DNA of 64,000 nt from Octopus vulgaris. Lineage: Eukaryota. How positions within the stretch are numbered: position 1 is the stretch's first letter; each line of letters opens with the position of its first letter. The notes under the pieces were generated by a model. The model saw nothing but the letters and a program-made list of their open reading frames with translations, was not told the DNA's origin and did not search any database. The stretch is from assembly GCA_951406725.2 (NCBI GenBank), contig OX597818.1:120714001-120778000 (forward strand), given 5' to 3'. Below, in pieces: positions 1 to 12,313 of this stretch. The translations under genes were made by a program, and so were the position numbers.

Positions 1-475
1 GAAAAGGACATTCGCCCAAGATGTCATAGAGGGGGATATTGCGCAGAGCCTAATAACTGTCAGACGAACTTCTTAATTCTCCTGCTATGGCTTCATAAAT
101 ACATGCGTAATTCTACATAATATTTTTGAAAAATCGTATTACCACATATGAAACGCTTTTGGTCATATATCCGTTCGGTCAGTGCTGGTCTGGGACTAAA
201 GACTAACGACAGCAATAATACTGCCTTCCTTCGTACACATGCAAATAGGTAATGATAAAAAAGCTGTTGATCATGATATATTTTATTCCATACTGTAAAT
301 CATAAAAACTGCTCCAATGTTATTCTACTTCAGAAACGTATATAACATCAGGTAATATATTTGCTGTATTAATCTTTAAATTAGCCGATATACTGTACAT
401 GTGATTATAACTTTTTAAGACCTCTCCGTGTTTTAATGAATTATATTCAATATATATCTTTCAATGTGTTTTCAG

Positions 476-642
476 GACTAAGATTAGCTTATATGGAAAT
501 GAAAATCGTACTATCACGATTCTTCCAAAGATTCCATGTCAAAGCAACACAAAAGATAGAAGACATTCCACCATCTATGGAAATGGTACTCAGACCTACT
601 AAGGACATTTATGCCATACTTACCCATCGACAGTCGGTGTAA
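476..642 (+). CDS. Cytochrome P450 gene A, terminal coding exon (rest of gene upstream of window)
   Basis: ttcag| acceptor at 475; phase-1 exon (G)LRLAYMEMKIVLSRFFQRF...EMVLRP...THRQSV*, the post-heme C-terminus of a P450, homologous in phase and position to gene B exon 12; AATAAA at 807 and 819. Confidence 0.85.
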
Positions 643-806
643 TACTAAGCATGCCTTGATGTATTATTTTGAAGAAATATTATCACTTTTTAAATATTTC
701 TTAGAAATTATCATAAATTCAATAATCAAAATAGAAAATATTTCTTTTTGCTGAAGTGGAAATACATACTTGCTAGTATGACATATTTGTGTAACTTTCA
801 ATATTC

Positions 807-824
807 AATAAACTATTCAATAAA
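807..824 (+). terminator. Candidate poly(A) signals of gene A
   Basis: Two AATAAA hexamers (807-812, 819-824) ~165-180 nt after the stop. Confidence 0.45.
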
Positions 825-1237
825 ATATCTATTTTCTCAATTGGGATAATGTTGACTAACCGAAATGTTTTATTCTTTCATTACTCACTTTTAATAAACT
901 TACTGAATTCTATGGACTTCCTTATTATCTTATTTTGGGTGATACATATCACCACAATTTTACTCTTTAATATAAATGTCTGAAAAAGTAGGACTGATTT
1001 TAGAACTTCAACACTCGATTGTAGCTGTTACATTTCACTGATGTCGTTACAATTTTATGAATGTTGCTGATGTTTCTCAGCTAATGTCCTATGAAATATG
1101 TTCTTTAATAAATAATAAACCATAATCAATAAAATATTGTAACAAGTTTCATTTATTGTCATGTTTCTCATTAATCAAACGAATTTAGTATGAATATATG
1201 ATGCATTTCTGACTCGATATCCAAGAATTCATTTCAT

Positions 1238-1436
1238 GGATCTTTTAGGTTTGAACGGCAGGTTTTTAACATAATTTCTAGGTAACTAAAAAATTTTAAA
1301 CTTCGTATACTGGTAGAATGTGTTTATAAAACATCCTTTTCTCTTGGTTTTATTGAGAAAACTCTATAGTTTGTAAGATATTTGTTGTTTTTTTTCTTCA
1401 ATTTCTGAAATTTTAACCAATCAATGATGTCTATTG
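1238..1436 (+). mobile_element. Truncated copy of the GATC-ended MITE-like element seen whole at 42306-42734
   Basis: ggatcttttaggtttgaacggcag...cttcgtatactggtagaatgtgtttataaaacatc...gtctattg matches 42306-42500. Confidence 0.75.
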
Positions 1437-1844
1437 TGTGTATTATGTATTAGATGTATGTATGTATGTATCTAATGTATGTATGTATGTATTAGATGTA
1501 CCGAAAACTAATGCATTTCAAATAAGTATAATACGTATCGTTAATACATTTCTTCATTCAAGAGATAGTCATCATTGTTAGCAATAACAATTAACTCACC
1601 ACGAAACGAGTATTCCTGGGGGAAAATATGAAGATTCTTTAGAAAATAAAAATGTTTATAATGCTATATTGGTATCGCCCATAATTGTGAATGTTCGAAT
1701 GATCTGAATACGTGAAAGTCTAAGAAGGATACATGAGGTACCCTCTTCTCATCTGTATAGACTTTCTCAACCTATTTCAGCTAATTTTGCACTGTGGACC
1801 GAGGATTAATAAACCTCCGGGAAAAGTCAATACTTTGACGCGTG

Positions 1845-2080
1845 AGGAGACGGTGAGCTGGCAGAAACGTTAGCACGTCGGACGAAATGCTTAGCAGTAT
1901 TTCGTCCATCACTACGTTCTGAGTTCAAATTCCGCTGAGGTCGACTTTGCCTTTCATCCTTTCGGGGTCGATTAAATAAGTACCAATTACGCACTGGGGT
2001 CGATATAATCGACTTAATCCCTTTGTCTGTCCTTGTTTGTCCCCTCTATGTTTAGCCCCTAGTGGGCAGTAAAGAAATAA
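1845..2080 (+). mobile_element. tRNA-derived SINE family 1 (MetaSINE-like core); representative of many copies, e.g. 7925-8037, 19640-19866, 27160-27385, 43363-43592, 51720-51985, 57890-58280, 60040-60240
   Basis: A-box-like gagctggcagaaacgttag, B-box-like gagttcaaattcc, core gtcgactttgcctttcatcctttcggggtcgat...aagtacca, tail taaagaaata; recurs throughout the window on both strands. Confidence 0.85.
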
Positions 2081-2089
2081 ATACTTTGA

Positions 2090-2400
2090 CGCTCGACGTC
2101 CTCAGTTGCTAAAATTACAGTGTCATTAGTGAAAACGGATGGTTTTTCTAATAGATTGATATTTATCCAAAAGTTCGAAATTTCCTTCTTTAATTTCTTT
2201 TTTAAACCACCTTTCGCATTTTCCAATACTCAAACCATCAGGATATAAAGTACCTATGTTTTCCTTTGCACATGATACACTGTTGCCTTTACGAGATTCG
2301 TAAAGCATGCCATGCCGAATGTGCAGCTCACTAAAGTCCTTGTCTTCCAAAAATATCAGACAGAACATATGCACGCATATCATATAGCCACCTTAATGTG
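2090..2400 (-). mobile_element. Mariner transposase N-terminal (HTH) fragment
   Basis: ORF 2126-2383 HIRHGMLYESRKGNS...CERWFKK..GNFELLD resembles the mariner HTH domain; partial copy at ~26700-26818 (+). Confidence 0.7.
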
Positions 2401-3611
2401 CTTACTACTTTATGCTGATTGTTCGGACACTTTTTATTCGGTTCGTAAACAATCTGTGGTATGACGCAGCACTATCACTTAAAAAAAAAACAACGTTACT
2501 TTTCGGCAACGCTTAACTCTTTTACTCTTTCTTTTAGCCCTCTTCACACTTGTTTCGTTCTTTCCACTTTTCTTTTCCTCGCTCACCCTCTCTCACATTT
2601 CTTGGCTTTCGCTTCATTCTCACCACTTTTCCTCCTGCTTTACCCCACTCTGTCCCTTTCCTTTCTTTTTCTCTCTTTCTCGTCCCTCCCTAATTCTTCA
2701 ATCCCTCTGCCCCCTACCTCTTTCCTCTCCTTCCACGTGATCAGTGTTCTTCCAAAACTGCCCTTTCTTGATTCGACTACCATCCGTGTAGCATCCTCTT
2801 ATATTCCTTCCCATGACTTTCATCTCCTATGTTCCCGTTGTAAGGCTTCACTTCCACACACGCCAGCTTAATTTAATTCGTCCTCAGTCGAAAGAGATCT
2901 GTTGTTTGTATTTGTAATTATGTACCATTACTCAATTTTTTTCGTCTTTGATTTCGTATACATTCGCTTGCTTTCTTTCAAAGGATCTAGTGCTCTTATC
3001 TTAGAATTTTCTTGGGACTGGCCAGATTGGAGCAGTCTTGTGCGTAACCGGCGAAACTGCAACGACGATCTGGAACTCGACTGATGATAAAAAGGCTCCG
3101 AATAACCCGTCCTTGTTTTTGCCTGTCCTTTACTGTTTCTTCTGCCTGGATGGTTTCTTGTTGCCTCTTACGGCTTTGTTCCATATTTTGTTCATTATTA
3201 TTATTATTATTATTATTGTTATTGTTGTTGTTGTTGTTGTCATCGTCGTCGTTGTTGTTGTTGTTGTTGTTGCTGTTATTGTTGTTGTTGTTATTATTAT
3301 TATATTTATTATTATTATTATTATTATTATTTATATATATATATATGTATATATATATACAGACAGTCAAACAGATAGATAAATACATAGGTACGCATAC
3401 ATACACACACACATAAACATATATGTGTATGTGTGTATGTGTGTATGTGCGAGCGCGTATGTGCGTCCGTAATATACTTTATAATGTACTACAGCGCTAA
3501 CAGTCGAAAGCGACTCAAGACCCAGCGTGTTTTGTCAAGTAATACCTTTATGTTCATAATTAATTTCATTAACATTAACTAAATTAACGACAAATTGCAT
3601 AATGTTTTTAG

Positions 3612-3738
3612 GATAGCTGATCTAATTACTTACCAGTCAAAATCACCGTGGTTGTGGCCACAGTTTCTCTTCAATTTGCATCCTTACGGGAAAGAAGCAG
3701 CTAAATGCTTGAAATACCTACATGATTTCACGGATAAG
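3612..3738 (+). pseudogene. Orphan inverted copy of CYP4 gene B exon 6
   Basis: 127 nt, tttag|...|gtatac intact; IADLITYQSKSPWLWPQFLFNLHPYGKEAAKCLKYLHDFTDK, same peptide as B exon 6 (one synonymous CTA/CTT difference seen); no other P450 exons seen nearby on +. Confidence 0.88.
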
Positions 3739-5020
3739 GTATACGAATTATGTCTTATATTACTTGTATGTTGTGATCTTTTCCACAAGTCTATCTTTGT
3801 AAACTGTGGTCTTGCTGGTACATCGCTTGCTAGACCACGTCCATCGTAACAATTCCAATATTTATTTAAGTCCAACCTTTACTTCATCGATTTCTCTTTC
3901 TTAGTTATGTTTGAATTCTTTAACTAAAAGTTCACATGTACAATATAGCTCAACCACATATTCATAAACCCCAGGAATTCTTTTATCACAAAATGTCTTG
4001 TCACTTTGTTAGTAACAAGTTTGAACTCCTTGAAGAACTTAAATAAAAGTCTAAGGAAAAAAATCTACACGAAAAAGTCCTTAATCAACCATCCGTCATT
4101 ACACTCCTGGCTGGGTTCCCAAGCATGACCAAAAATGGACTATGGTTATCATCCAACCTTCTCGTTCTTGCTCTACCTTTAGGTCTCCTGTCAGTTAACT
4201 TCGCTTGAAGAATCCTTCTTGCAGTCCTTTCCTGCGACAGTCTAATCTCATATTCGTAGAGCTAGAGCTGCGATTTCAGCTTTGAGAATTTCCCTGGCCT
4301 TCGAGCTCCGCATTGTGTCAAGTAACGTTATTCCAGAGTCCCTTGGACGTACCTCATTTCCGCTGCATCTCTTTACGATCGTACTCCTTCGGTCATTACC
4401 CATCATTTATTTCCAAAGGTGACGGCAGACAGGAAACTGAAATGAAGACAGCGACTCTGGCTTTTTTTTTTTACCAAATTCTCTTCTGAGCATGGAATAC
4501 CGGAGCAGGTATTACTGAGCCAACGACTGCAATTCTGGCATCGAATTCAACATCATGCTTCCCATCACTCGTGAACGTGCATATGTTTGTATGTGTATGT
4601 GTGTATGTGTGTGTGTGTTAGAGAGAGAGACAGACAGAGAGAGAGAGACAGACAGACAGACAAACGGACGGACAGACAGACAGTGAGTGAGGGCACGTGA
4701 CTTAGGGTTAGCAAGGCACATTTTTCACGTTGTTCCAGTCGACTTAGCTGGCAAAAATGTGTTGTACCTGTATTTCACAGAGCCAGCCTAGTCACACTCT
4801 GTGTCAAGCTGAATCTCCCTAAGCACTTCTAAGGGGACGTGTGTCTGTGAAAAGCCCAGCCACTTGCTCCTTAATTTCAGAAGCAGGCTGTTCCGTTGAT
4901 CAGATCAACTGGAACATTCGTCGTCGTAATCGACGGAGCACTAGTGTGTGTGTGTGTATGTATGTATGTATGTATGTCTGTATGTATGTATGTATGTATG
5001 TTATTATTATTATTATTATT

Positions 5021-5564
5021 GAGTGAGAGAGCAGCGCATGCCATCAAAGTGACACTGGGGTAAAATATACAGAGCCAAGTATACCCATCATGACTACCTG
5101 TTTGATAAGGGTACACCAGGCACATGCATCACAACCATATGTGCGCGACATGGTGATCTCATATCAAGATAAACAGCACATGACCTTGCAGGTGGGGCCC
5201 AGTTAGAATTTTCTTCTGGTCGAGTAGCCCATCTCGCTCAAAAAGTCCCTGAATGAGGATTGTGTAAGGATGTTGAACGAACCACCCATGTTTCCAAAGA
5301 TGAATTATCCAAACCTCCAAGAATTCCTTTCAACACACGGCTATGATGCTCCCCCACTACTCCTGCTCGTGATTAGAGATGCACATATCGTCAGCCACCA
5401 AGAGACATGCTCAACTGGTTAAGGTCAAACAACTGACAAGCAAATCTGTGGTATTGAGCAGAATATTTGCTGTAGCCCATCTTTTATACCAAGACAAAAC
5501 AATGTACATGATAACACTTCCAATCAGTTAAGATCAGAAGCCATAAGACCCACTGCTTGGTACT

Positions 5565-5566
<2 letters not shown>
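5021..5566. repeat. Unclassified interspersed repeat embedded between (TAT)n and (TAA)n
   Basis: Sharp boundaries at microsatellites; its last ~60 nt recur inverted at 24951-25011. Confidence 0.5.
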
Positions 5567-5626
<60 letters not shown>

Positions 5627-6149
5627 TATTATTATTATTATTATTATTATCAACATCATCATCATCATCATCATCCTTATTATTATTATTACTTTTTTTC
5701 TTCTTCTTTCAAATTTGCTTCCATTTCTTGCCGAGTGTCTTCCCGACTCCTAGGGCAAAGAAACTCATAGTATACATTGGTAGGCCATTAAACCAAGCTC
5801 AATAGTTCGTTCATTTAAAAAAAAAAATTCTTATTTTTTATTTTTTTTAAAGTTAAATTAAAATACATGAGCAGCAACAGTTCTCACATCGACAATGCTC
5901 TTCTCAATACGTGTGATGTACCAGTTAAGACAATCTTTTGCACTTCTTGCAGGGATGGTAAGCCAGGGATCATTCCCATATAATTTTCGGTTCCCTTCTT
6001 GATCATTCCTAGTGCTCCTACGATCACTGGTATTGTAACCGCTTTGAGATGCCACATTTTCTCTATTTCAATGAGAAGGTTTTTATATTTTCTGAGCTTG
6101 TCAAACTCTTTCGCTGATATATTATATTATTATTATTATTATTATTACT

Positions 6150-7400
6150 GAGTGAGAGTGAAGAATTTAATCTGGAAGATTTGAGGGAGTTCAAGGAAAT
6201 GCTTGAAAGCGGGGTGGAAAGATATGAAGGTGTTCCACCCCCAAAACGTATCAAAGGACAAGGAAGAAAGAACAATCGTATACAGAGCACTACGCCACAG
6301 CAACTAGGAAAATTGAAGCGGTGTCGGAGGCACAGGTAGAAAAGGCACTGAGGTCAGTCTGGCAGGAGACAGCATACCTGGCCATGGGTCGAAAATATGG
6401 AACGGTGGAGGTGCAGTTTAAGGAGATAGCAACTGCTAAATTATACTCAGCCGCACCGTTGAAAACGGATGAAGTAGTACTGCTACCCATGTACCATGGG
6501 AGACTTACAACCAGGGTTCGGGTGGAGGACATACCACCGGAGGTAAATGTAGCCTGGCTGGTGGCTGCCATTCTGTTGGGCATGGAGGAGAAGGTGGTGG
6601 TCCTGCAGGCCACCAGAATGCCGCACTGGCATTGGGAAGGAGAAACCCATGAAATGGTGGCACAGGTCGCTGAGGAAGACTTGGAAAAAATGGTCGAAAA
6701 TATCACAGTAGGAGAGTCGACTTTAAAGGTCAGAGTGGAAGGGAGAATCCCGCGATGTTATAAATGTAGCATGAAAGTCCACATTAGAGCGGAATGCCTT
6801 CCACCACTAGAAAAGGACAAGGAGAGACAGAGGGGAAAAAGTGGTTGGTGTTACAGGTCCTGAAGAGGAAGAAGAAAGTGAGGTGGTACCACAGAAGAAG
6901 ACAGGTACCAGCGTCGAGAAGGAGGAAAAATCGAACGCAAGTAGAGAAGAAGAGCAAGAAGAAAAGGAAAAAGACACACATGGTAAAAAATGACCCCAAC
7001 CCACAACCATTCAGCCCTCAACCAAACCCACTCTACCCCAACCACTCCCTACAGACACCAACCCTCCCCATGCCCAGTCTGACAATTGCAGACACACAAG
7101 AGCCTTAAAAGTGCCCACCCCGCCCTGTAATGAAAAATTCGTATTAATGTACAATGGACAGATTCAGGAACTGTATAACGAAGTAAATTCGTGGGACGGA
7201 ATAGTGAAGTTGGATATAACAGGTGTAAGGGGCCTTCCCGAGAACGATTATTGTATGCCGACGGACCTGGATAACCTGTGGAACGTGCATGGGTATATGG
7301 AAAACTGTGACTGTGAGTGGTGGTCCAAAAAAGTGGACACCAGCACAATACGGAAAAATCAGTACGTGGACATTAAAATAAAAATAATATAGACATTTTG
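6150..7400 (+). mobile_element. Non-LTR (L1/Tx1-type) ORF1/gag-like remnant with CCHC zinc knuckle
   Basis: ORF 6321-6863 with RRM-like segments and CYKCSMKVHIRAEC (CX2CX4HX4C), then a frameshifted K/E-rich region; no RT visible. Confidence 0.7.
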
Positions 7401-7780
7401 GAGAAAGACCTGGATTAATTATTGTGTAAATAACTGTGTTCAAATTGTGTATCAAATTGGCTGCTGCAAAGGGTAATATAAATGGTGTTGCTACAAGTTC
7501 AATGAGGTCGCTCGGAGGTGGGGCCGACTGATTTCATTCCATCCTTCATTGTATAAATTCCTTCATTCCAATCGTTTTGTCTTTCTCCCCACCTTGTGCT
7601 GTTCCCTCTGTGTAAGGCCTTTATGGCCATTTCATAAAAAAAGAAGCTTGCTTTCGAACCACACGGTTCTGGGTTCAGTTGCACTGCGTGGCTCCTTAGG
7701 TAAGTGTTTTCTACTATAGCCTCGGGTACACCAAATCCGTTTGTGTGGATTTGGCTGACAGAAAAAAAAGAAGCCTGTCG

Positions 7781-7811
<31 letters not shown>

Positions 7812-8942
7812 GTGTATGTGTGTGTGCGCGCGCGCGTGTTTTTGTGTCTGTGTTTGTCCCACCAACATCGCTTGACAACAGATGTTGGTGTGTTTACATC
7901 CCCGTGACACTAGCGTTTGCGAAAGGATGAAAGGCAAAGTCGACCTCGGCAAAATTTGAACTCAGAGCATAGCGCCGGGCGAAATACCGCTAAGCATCTC
8001 ATCCAGCGTGCTAACGTTTCTGCCAGCTCGCCGCCTTTGAATTGGAATATATTGCGGTTGTTTGTCTAAAAAGTATTATTATTAAGGTAGCGAGATGGTA
8101 GGATAGTTAGTACGCCGGACAAAATGCTTAGCGGTAATTCGTCCGTCCTTAAGTTCTGAGTTCAAATTCTACCAAAGTTCACTTTTGCTCTTCATCCTTT
8201 CAGAGCCAATGAAATAAGTACCAGTTGAGCACTGGGGTAGATGTTATCATCTAAATCCCTCCCCTAAAATTTCAGGCCTTGTGCCTTTAGTAAAAAGGAT
8301 TATTATTTTTATTTCTATTTTACTTCTCAGAGCTCTCGGTTTTATTTGATATAGTTTATTCTGCAAGAATATTTATATATACAAGAGGGTCCGCGAAGAT
8401 TTCACGGAATTAATAGTAAACCTATTTGGTTATTTCTGAAAACTTTAACCAAGAAACCTGAAAGCGCAGCCTGTGATGCGTCTGTATCAAAAGACAGTCG
8501 CTCATCTGTAACTCATTGAAAAGTGAAAGAAATCGGAATACGATGATATAGACACTTTATATACTTTATGTACAATTTTATAGACTTAATGCATAGCACT
8601 CATAAAATGAATATTCATTCTTATTTTTACATTTTCCCCAAAAACAAAACCAAAAGAAAATATCGCCTTACATATGATACAACCTTTAGTTAAATTTCAT
8701 ATATCTGCCACGTAAATAAGTGTGAATATATCACGGAATTGCTCTTATGTGCATGCGTTAAGTGATAGGTGATATAAAAAAAAAACTAAGTTCAATCAAA
8801 AATAGATACACCTTTCTCTATTCACTTACCACGGCCACCTTCACCACCACCACCACCATATATATATATAAATCCGAAGAGTTTTTAAAATATGCTAAGC
8901 CACTGGTTTTCATTGATTAATATCAATTTCTACCCTTATTTA

Positions 8943-8989
<47 letters not shown>

Positions 8990-9101
8990 GAAATTCGGGG
9001 TGAGTACTTGATAATTATAAGCACCTGTGTATACCGTTTGGTGGTGTAGGTGGTGGAGTAAATTGTTCAAAATAAAATAAAAACATGATGCGAAGGATTC
9101 A

Positions 9102-9179
9102 GCGGTACATATGTTTCGGGCCTTTATTGGACAGATTTATAACAATGCATAATGTATGTCTGTGGCCTTCTTCAGCCGC
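9102..9179 (-). ncRNA. Type I minimal hammerhead ribozyme (left arm)
   Basis: Reverse complement reads GCGG-CTGAAGA-AGGCC...GGCCC-GAAAC-ATAT-GTA-CCGC. Confidence 0.75.
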
Positions 9180-11279
9180 GCACAACAGCTTCCACAAGGA
9201 CATGTGTTACATCAAAAATCCTTGGTTGGGGATGCAAATCCTCTCATTCACGTACGACATAATGCGGCAGCAGCATAGAATTGAAGCGTCCATCTCTTTC
9301 TTCTCTCAATGTAGAATGAGGAAACTTGGATGTTGAGGTAATGTAATGTAAATAAATAAATACATATATAGAGGTGAAGATGGAGGGGCGAGAGTTCGGG
9401 ACGAGGGATAAAAAATGTATAAAAAGTGTAAGTATAGAATAATATAAAAATGTAGAGGATAAAGATATAAAGAGTTGTAAGGAGATGTAAAGGGGGTATA
9501 AAGAAATATAAAGAAATATAAATAAATGTAAAGGCATAAGGTTATAAAGTAAAAATAGAAATAGAAATAAAAGTAAAAAAACCTGATAAAACCATGATAA
9601 AAGTGTAAAAGAATGTAAAGATAAGGGATGTATAGAGGTTACGGGCCAAGCATGGTGGTCATGAGATTGATAAAATTTAGTTGTAGAATTGTCAGTAATT
9701 CAACAGTTTCGTCTGGGGACTTAATGCGTTGTAAATCAGAGCTGATGAGCATTTAATCTGGTTCCTTGAATTAAATGGACTTCTAGTACATACATATCAT
9801 CATGGATACATACACCCACATACACGCGTACGTATACGCCTCCAAGCCTATAAGCATACACACGCACTCGCGTGTAAACACGTACATAAACACACACGCA
9901 CCCACACGCACGCGCGCACACACACATACATACAACAGAATATCCGCATATATACACGGACATTACGCGCGTACACGCTCACATGTATATACGCGCGCCC
10001 ATCACTACATACACACACGTATATGCCCACCACATCCCGCTTTTTTACTTTTATTTTTACTTTTATCCTACTTCCATTTATTTTTATTTTTAATTTTATT
10101 TTTACTTTTATTCTACTTCCATTTATTCTCATTTTCATTTTCATCCCTTACCTTAACTCTTATAATTTTTATAATTCTTATACTTCATTTCTAACTATTA
10201 CATTGTATTTCTTATTTTATACTGTATTTTTTATTTCTAATCTTTACCCTTACCCTCATTCTTACCCCTAACTTATCGCTTTACACCTCTATATATGTTT
10301 ATTTACTTACCTATGGATCCACCTTTTGAATATACGAGCGTCCGCATACGTGTGTATACGCATACATACATATGCACGCGCATATATGTACATGCATACT
10401 TCGATATCTTATAGCTATACCCATGTGCGCGTGTGTCTCTGTGTGTGTGTATATGAGTGTATATGTGCACGCACATACGGACACACAGCCGTGTGTGCGT
10501 GCGCATATTGACATGAGTACGGGATTCTTTACTTACGTTCTTATACACATCCTTTAATATCTTATACCTGGACCTAGAGGCGTGGGCATATACGTGTGTG
10601 TATGTAGTGATGGGCGCGCGTATATACATGTGAGCGTGTACGCGCGTAATGTCCGTGTATATATGCGGATATTCTGTTGTATGTATGTGTGTGTGCGCGC
10701 GTGCGTGTGGGTGCGTGTGTGTTTATGTACGTGTTTACACGCGAGTGCGTGTGTATGCTTATAGGCTTGGAGGCGTATACGTACGCGTGTATGTGGGTGT
10801 ATGTATCCATGATGATATGTATGTACTAGAAGTCCATTTAATTCAAGGAACCAGATTAAATGCTCATCAGCTCTGATTTACAACGCATTAAGTCCCCAGA
10901 CGAAACTGTTGATTTACTGACAATTCTACAACTAAATTTTATCAATCTCATGACCACCATGCTTGGTCCGTAACCTCTATACATCCCTTATCTTTACATT
11001 CTTTTACACTTTTATCATGGTTTTATCAGTTTTTTTTTACTTTTATTTCTATTTCTATTTTTACTTTATAACCTTATGCCTTTACATTTATTTATATTTC
11101 TTTATATTTCTTTATACCCTCTTTACATCTCCTTACAACTCTTTATATCTTTATCCTCTACATTTTTATATTATTCAATTCTATGCGGCTGCCGCATTAT
11201 GTCGTACGTGAATGAGAGGATTTGCATCCCCAACCAAGAATTTTTGATGTAACACATGTCCTTGTGGAAGCTGTTGTGC

Positions 11280-11357
11280 GCGGCTGAAGAAGGCCACAGA
11301 CATACATTATGCATTGTTATAAATCTGTCTAATAAAGGCCCGAAACATATGTACCGC
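11280..11357 (+). ncRNA. Type I minimal hammerhead ribozyme (right arm)
   Basis: Stem I GCGG(11280-83)/CCGC(11354-57); core CTGAAGA(11284-90); stem II GGCC/GGCC with a long loop; GAAAC(11342-46); palindromic stem III ACATATGT; cleavage triplet GTA(11351-53). Confidence 0.78.
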
Positions 11358-11395
11358 TGAATCCTTCGCATCATGTTTTTATTTTATTTTGAACA

Positions 11396-11485
<90 letters not shown>

Positions 11486-11486
11486 C

Positions 11487-11895
11487 AGGAGTGGCTGTGT
11501 GGTAAGTAGCTTGCTTACCAACCACATGGTTCCGGGTTCAGTCCTACTGCGTGGCATCTTGGGCAAGTGTCTTCTGCTATAGCCCCGGGCCGACTAATGC
11601 CTTGTGAGTGGATTTGGGAGACGGAAACTGAAAGAAGCCTGTCGTATATATGTATATATATATTATAAGTGTGTGTGTCTATGTTTGTGTGTCTGTGTTT
11701 GTTCCCCTAGCATTGCTTGACAACCGATGCTGGTGTGTTTACGTCCCCGTCACTTAGCGGTTCGGCAAAATAGACCGATAGAATAAGTACTGGGCTTACA
11801 AAGAATAAGTCCCGGGGTCGATTTGCTCGACTAAAGGCGGTGCTCCAGCATGGCCGCAGTCAAATGACTGAAACAAGTAAAAGAGTAAAAGAGTA
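11487..11895 (+). mobile_element. tRNA-derived SINE family 2 (other copies ~22083-22475 +, 32170-32600 -, 36998-37800 + interrupted, 53820-54205 -, 7640-7920 + partial)
   Basis: Head agtggctgtgtggtaag...gggttcagtcc; internal (TA)/(TG) tract; tail ggcggtgctccagcatggccgcagtcaaatgactgaaac(aagtaaaagag)n. Confidence 0.88.
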
Positions 11896-12313
11896 TAGGT
11901 ATGTATATATGATATTAAATGCCTCACTGGATATCTAATTGAATATTGAAAGTCACATGACACACACATAAATGTCATGCTAATGGGCATGATAACCTTC
12001 TAAGTTTTGGTTATTCATTTTTGGATAGTTTCTAAATAATGTTGCCATAAATTTTGAGGGGAAGTGCGTGATCTATACAATTGATTCCAGTAATTGACTG
12101 GCAGTTTATTTTATCGACATACATGTGATAATAAGTAATGTCGATTTGCACGGGATTTGAGCTCAGAATGTAAAGATCTGGAACAAATAACACAAAACGT
12201 TTTCCGACGGTTTAACGATTCTAAATCATATAAATTTGGAGAAAATATTTCTTGATGAAAATAACACCTGAAGACGTTTTAGTATTACATCTGGGTTGCT
12301 ATGATTACAGCAG

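Larger units (their letters stand above)
1436..5690 (+). repeat. Inverted segmental duplicate of gene B intron5-exon6-intron6 (partner ~24775-27865)
   Basis: 1490-4029 is the reverse complement of ~27745-25012 at high identity; 5507-5566 is the reverse complement of ~24951-25011; both ends fall in microsatellites. Confidence 0.92.
8987..11400. mobile_element. Foldback (inverted) Penelope-like-element pLTR-type remnant flanked by (TA)n
   Basis: 9059-10030 is the reverse complement of 10582-11400 (few substitutions, one ~150 nt indel); 551 nt spacer; hammerhead motif near each outer end; (TA)n at ~8948-8986 and ~11399-11483. Confidence 0.8.

Noticed and set aside
3040-3115. CTGATGA...CGAAT motif in the repeat also at ~26000-26070 and ~27970-28030
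   Set aside because: Lacks GAAA in the right position and has no stem II; treated as an ordinary repeat
2996-3416. Poly-N/I/L/Y ORFs here and at 25634-26207, 28758-29600, 34005-34474 and 47604-48075
   Set aside because: Translations of microsatellites, not genes
3612-3738. A fourth functional CYP gene
   Set aside because: Only exon 6 is present, within copied intron sequence; no exon 5 or 7 counterparts found on +
8987-11400. Foldback as a sequencing chimera
   Set aside because: Arms differ by several substitutions and a ~150-nt indel and enclose a 551-nt spacer; read-level confirmation is still advisable
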